64,000 nucleotides of DNA from a virus. Its lineage: Duplodnaviria; Caudoviricetes. Positions within the stretch are counted from its first letter, which is position 1. Each line of letters opens with the position of its first letter. This document shows positions 62,397-64,000 of the stretch, piece after piece. The notes beneath the pieces are model-generated. The model did not search any database. It saw nothing but the letters and a program-made list of their open reading frames with translations, and was not told where the DNA came from. The DNA lies in the IMG/VR virus record IMGVR_UViG_3300048851_000175, positions 84-64,083 of that record. One strand, given 5' to 3'. A program made the translations under genes and the position numbers.

Positions 62397-63099
62397 TTAT
62401 CCGACTCGTGGAACGAAAGGCGCGTGCGGCTTACTCGGCTTGGTTCTGGTGTTGAATGCATTACTATTCAGCCTTGGCTTCTGCCTCAAGCGCGGCCTGC
62501 TCAGCGGCTCGCTGCTGGGCTGCTGCCTGACCGATAAGTGTCTGCTCCCGGCCCGCTTCGTGATCTGCTTTGGCCCTGCCAGCCGCTTGCTCACGCAGGC
62601 GCTCCAGCTCGGCCTGTTCCGCTTGGTACTTCTCCTGCTTCGCCAGCGCTTCACGCAGGGTTGCTAATGTGGTGGCTTTCACCGACGCGCCTGCGCTTCA
62701 AACTCTTCGAACCCGGCGTCGATCAAACAGCCTCGGTGGTTTCGATCTTCATGCGGATGCCGAGGGCAAACAGCCAATCCACCTTTGCAAGGCTGCGAAG
62801 CTGATCAATCCGAAATTTGTGACGATCAACCCGAGCATCCTCGCACGCCTGCCATTCGTTCAGCGGCCAGCGCACTTCCTCCTGTCACGCATCCAACGGG
62901 TCCCGGACACGCTTGCGCTCGGCGTCGATCTTCTTCGGGATCTGCTTTAGATCAGCGACCAGCTTTTTGCCCCCGTCATCCAGCGCAGTTTTAGAGCGGG
63001 CGACCTTGTACGCCATGGAGGCGATCGCTTCTCGGCCCTGAAGACTGTCATGCCCGTTTCTGCTGGCGGTATGGCAACGAGTTGAGTTTCTGCGGACAT
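62397..63099 (-). pseudogene. Decayed coiled-coil phage early protein
   Basis: Fragments MSAETQLVAIPP, ASMAYKVARSKTALD...IPKKIDAERKRVRD and EAKAE...RAKADHEAG are split by a stop and frameshifts. Confidence 0.65.
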
Positions 63100-63245
63100 G
63101 ACGTTCTCCAGCGCCATCCGTGCCGGGGCGCTGCGATTTAATGAGGGGGATTGTGCAGGACGCAGGCGCGAGCGAGCGTCAACGTGACTCGGTTGTCAGC
63201 ACTTTGACTTACTGGATCATTGAGCCGGAAGGGCGCAGCTGGTGA

Positions 63246-63440
63246 CTAGGGGCGAATTCGCACTTCGATGCTTCGACCCAGCATCGTGGCAGCAAGCGGT
63301 AGGGGAAGATCGCACACGCGCATATCACGGGGCTTCCCGATCACTTCATTGAAGGGCAGGCCAAACCCGAAGATCGGGTGGGGACGTTCGGGGCGACCGA
63401 GTTGCTGGGCCGGCGAGGAATTACGTTGGGCATCGCTCAT
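63246..63440 (-). CDS. Possible small hypothetical protein
   Basis: GAGGA SD upstream; 64 aa. Confidence 0.35.
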   Translation of the reverse strand: MSDAQRNSSPAQQLGRPERPHPIFGFGLPFNEVIGKPRDMRVCDLPLPLAATMLGRSIEVRIRP

Positions 63441-63593
63441 GTCGATATCCTCGGCCGGTGAGCTGTAGCTCTTTTCAGCCTCTCGGGACAGTGAATGAAT
63501 TCTTGTGAGGTATAGCGTTGCTATCGGCCAGATAAACGATTTGTTTAAGCATCAAGCTCTGAAGTAGGCGAGGTTAGTGGGGCGTGATAGCAC

Positions 63594-63635
63594 AGAAGCC
63601 AGAAGCTAGAAGCTAGAAGCTAGAAGCTAGAAGCC
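63594..63635 (+). repeat. Heptamer tandem repeat (AGAAGCY) x6
   Basis: AGAAGCC-AGAAGCT x4-AGAAGCC. Confidence 0.9.
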
Positions 63636-63791
63636 CGGTGCAACCCAGTCGTAACGCGCCGGGTCTCCAGCAAAGCCTTGGCGGCGTGCCAGGCGAAGCG
63701 CGATGTCTCGCATCTTGCGCGCGAAATTGACTTCTTCAATCCGCTCTTCGATCTGCTCTTCGATCAGCGATTTGACGATGGCCAGGCTCAT
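63627..63791 (-). CDS. Small hypothetical protein (54 aa)
   Basis: MSLAIVKSLIEEQIEERIEEVNFARK...VAPGF*; AGGAG SD; ATGA-coupled to 63788-64000; stop lies in the heptamer repeat. Confidence 0.5.
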   Translation of the reverse strand: MSLAIVKSLIEEQIEERIEEVNFARKMRDIALRLARRQGFAGDPARYDWVAPGF

Positions 63792-64000
63792 GCTGCGCTC
63801 CTGATTGTTTCGACCCGGTCGCCAGCCTTGAATGCCAAAACCCCGCGATACAATGCGGCTTCTTGATAGGTGACCTGACCGAGGAACTCGGCCTTGTCGA
63901 TATCACCTTCGACGAATGTGCGATCCGGCGCAGGGTTTGGGGATTTCGCAAGCTGCGCGATCTTCAAACCGATATAGGCGTAATCCATGTCCTTGCTCAT
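63788..64000 (-). CDS. Hypothetical protein at the window edge
   Basis: 70 aa from the ATG at 64000; may start further upstream. Confidence 0.45.
   Translation of the reverse strand: MSKDMDYAYIGLKIAQLAKSPNPAPDRTFVEGDIDKAEFLGQVTYQEAALYRGVLAFKAGDRVETIRSAA

Overview
Pseudomonas-type chromosomal window. An apparently intact ~58.3 kb lambdoid siphoprophage (HK97-type head, lambda-type G-T/H/M/L/K/I/J tail) is integrated in tRNA-Pro(GGG), just downstream of a MerR-family gene. It is bounded by a 51-bp direct repeat (398-448 / 58744-58794). Integration, early-left, immunity, replication, nin/Q, lysis, head, tail and fibre modules are all recognisable, as are operators, boxA, iterons, a pR'-like promoter, a likely cos site and a GGGAAAG frameshift site. 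The accessory content is the most interesting part: (1) an AT-rich RexAB-like pair (soluble protein plus 4-TM protein); (2) a putative AbiC-like gene; (3) a truncated beta-clamp mimic; (4) a ~145-nt structured RBS-sequestering leader present twice, before a Mu Com-like gene and before a Dam-like methylase; (5) a tRNA-Thr att-like fragment plus a second tyrosine recombinase; (6) lipoprotein morons, one absent from the ORF track; (7) an SGNH esterase; (8) an SOS cassette lacking umuC; (9) a 7-kb cargo with two paralogous histidine kinases and a pseudo-receiver. Right of attR lie a decayed sister integrase, a degenerate AlgE-like RTX beta-helix protein and further phage debris. All family assignments are by-eye motif recognition; no database searches were run.
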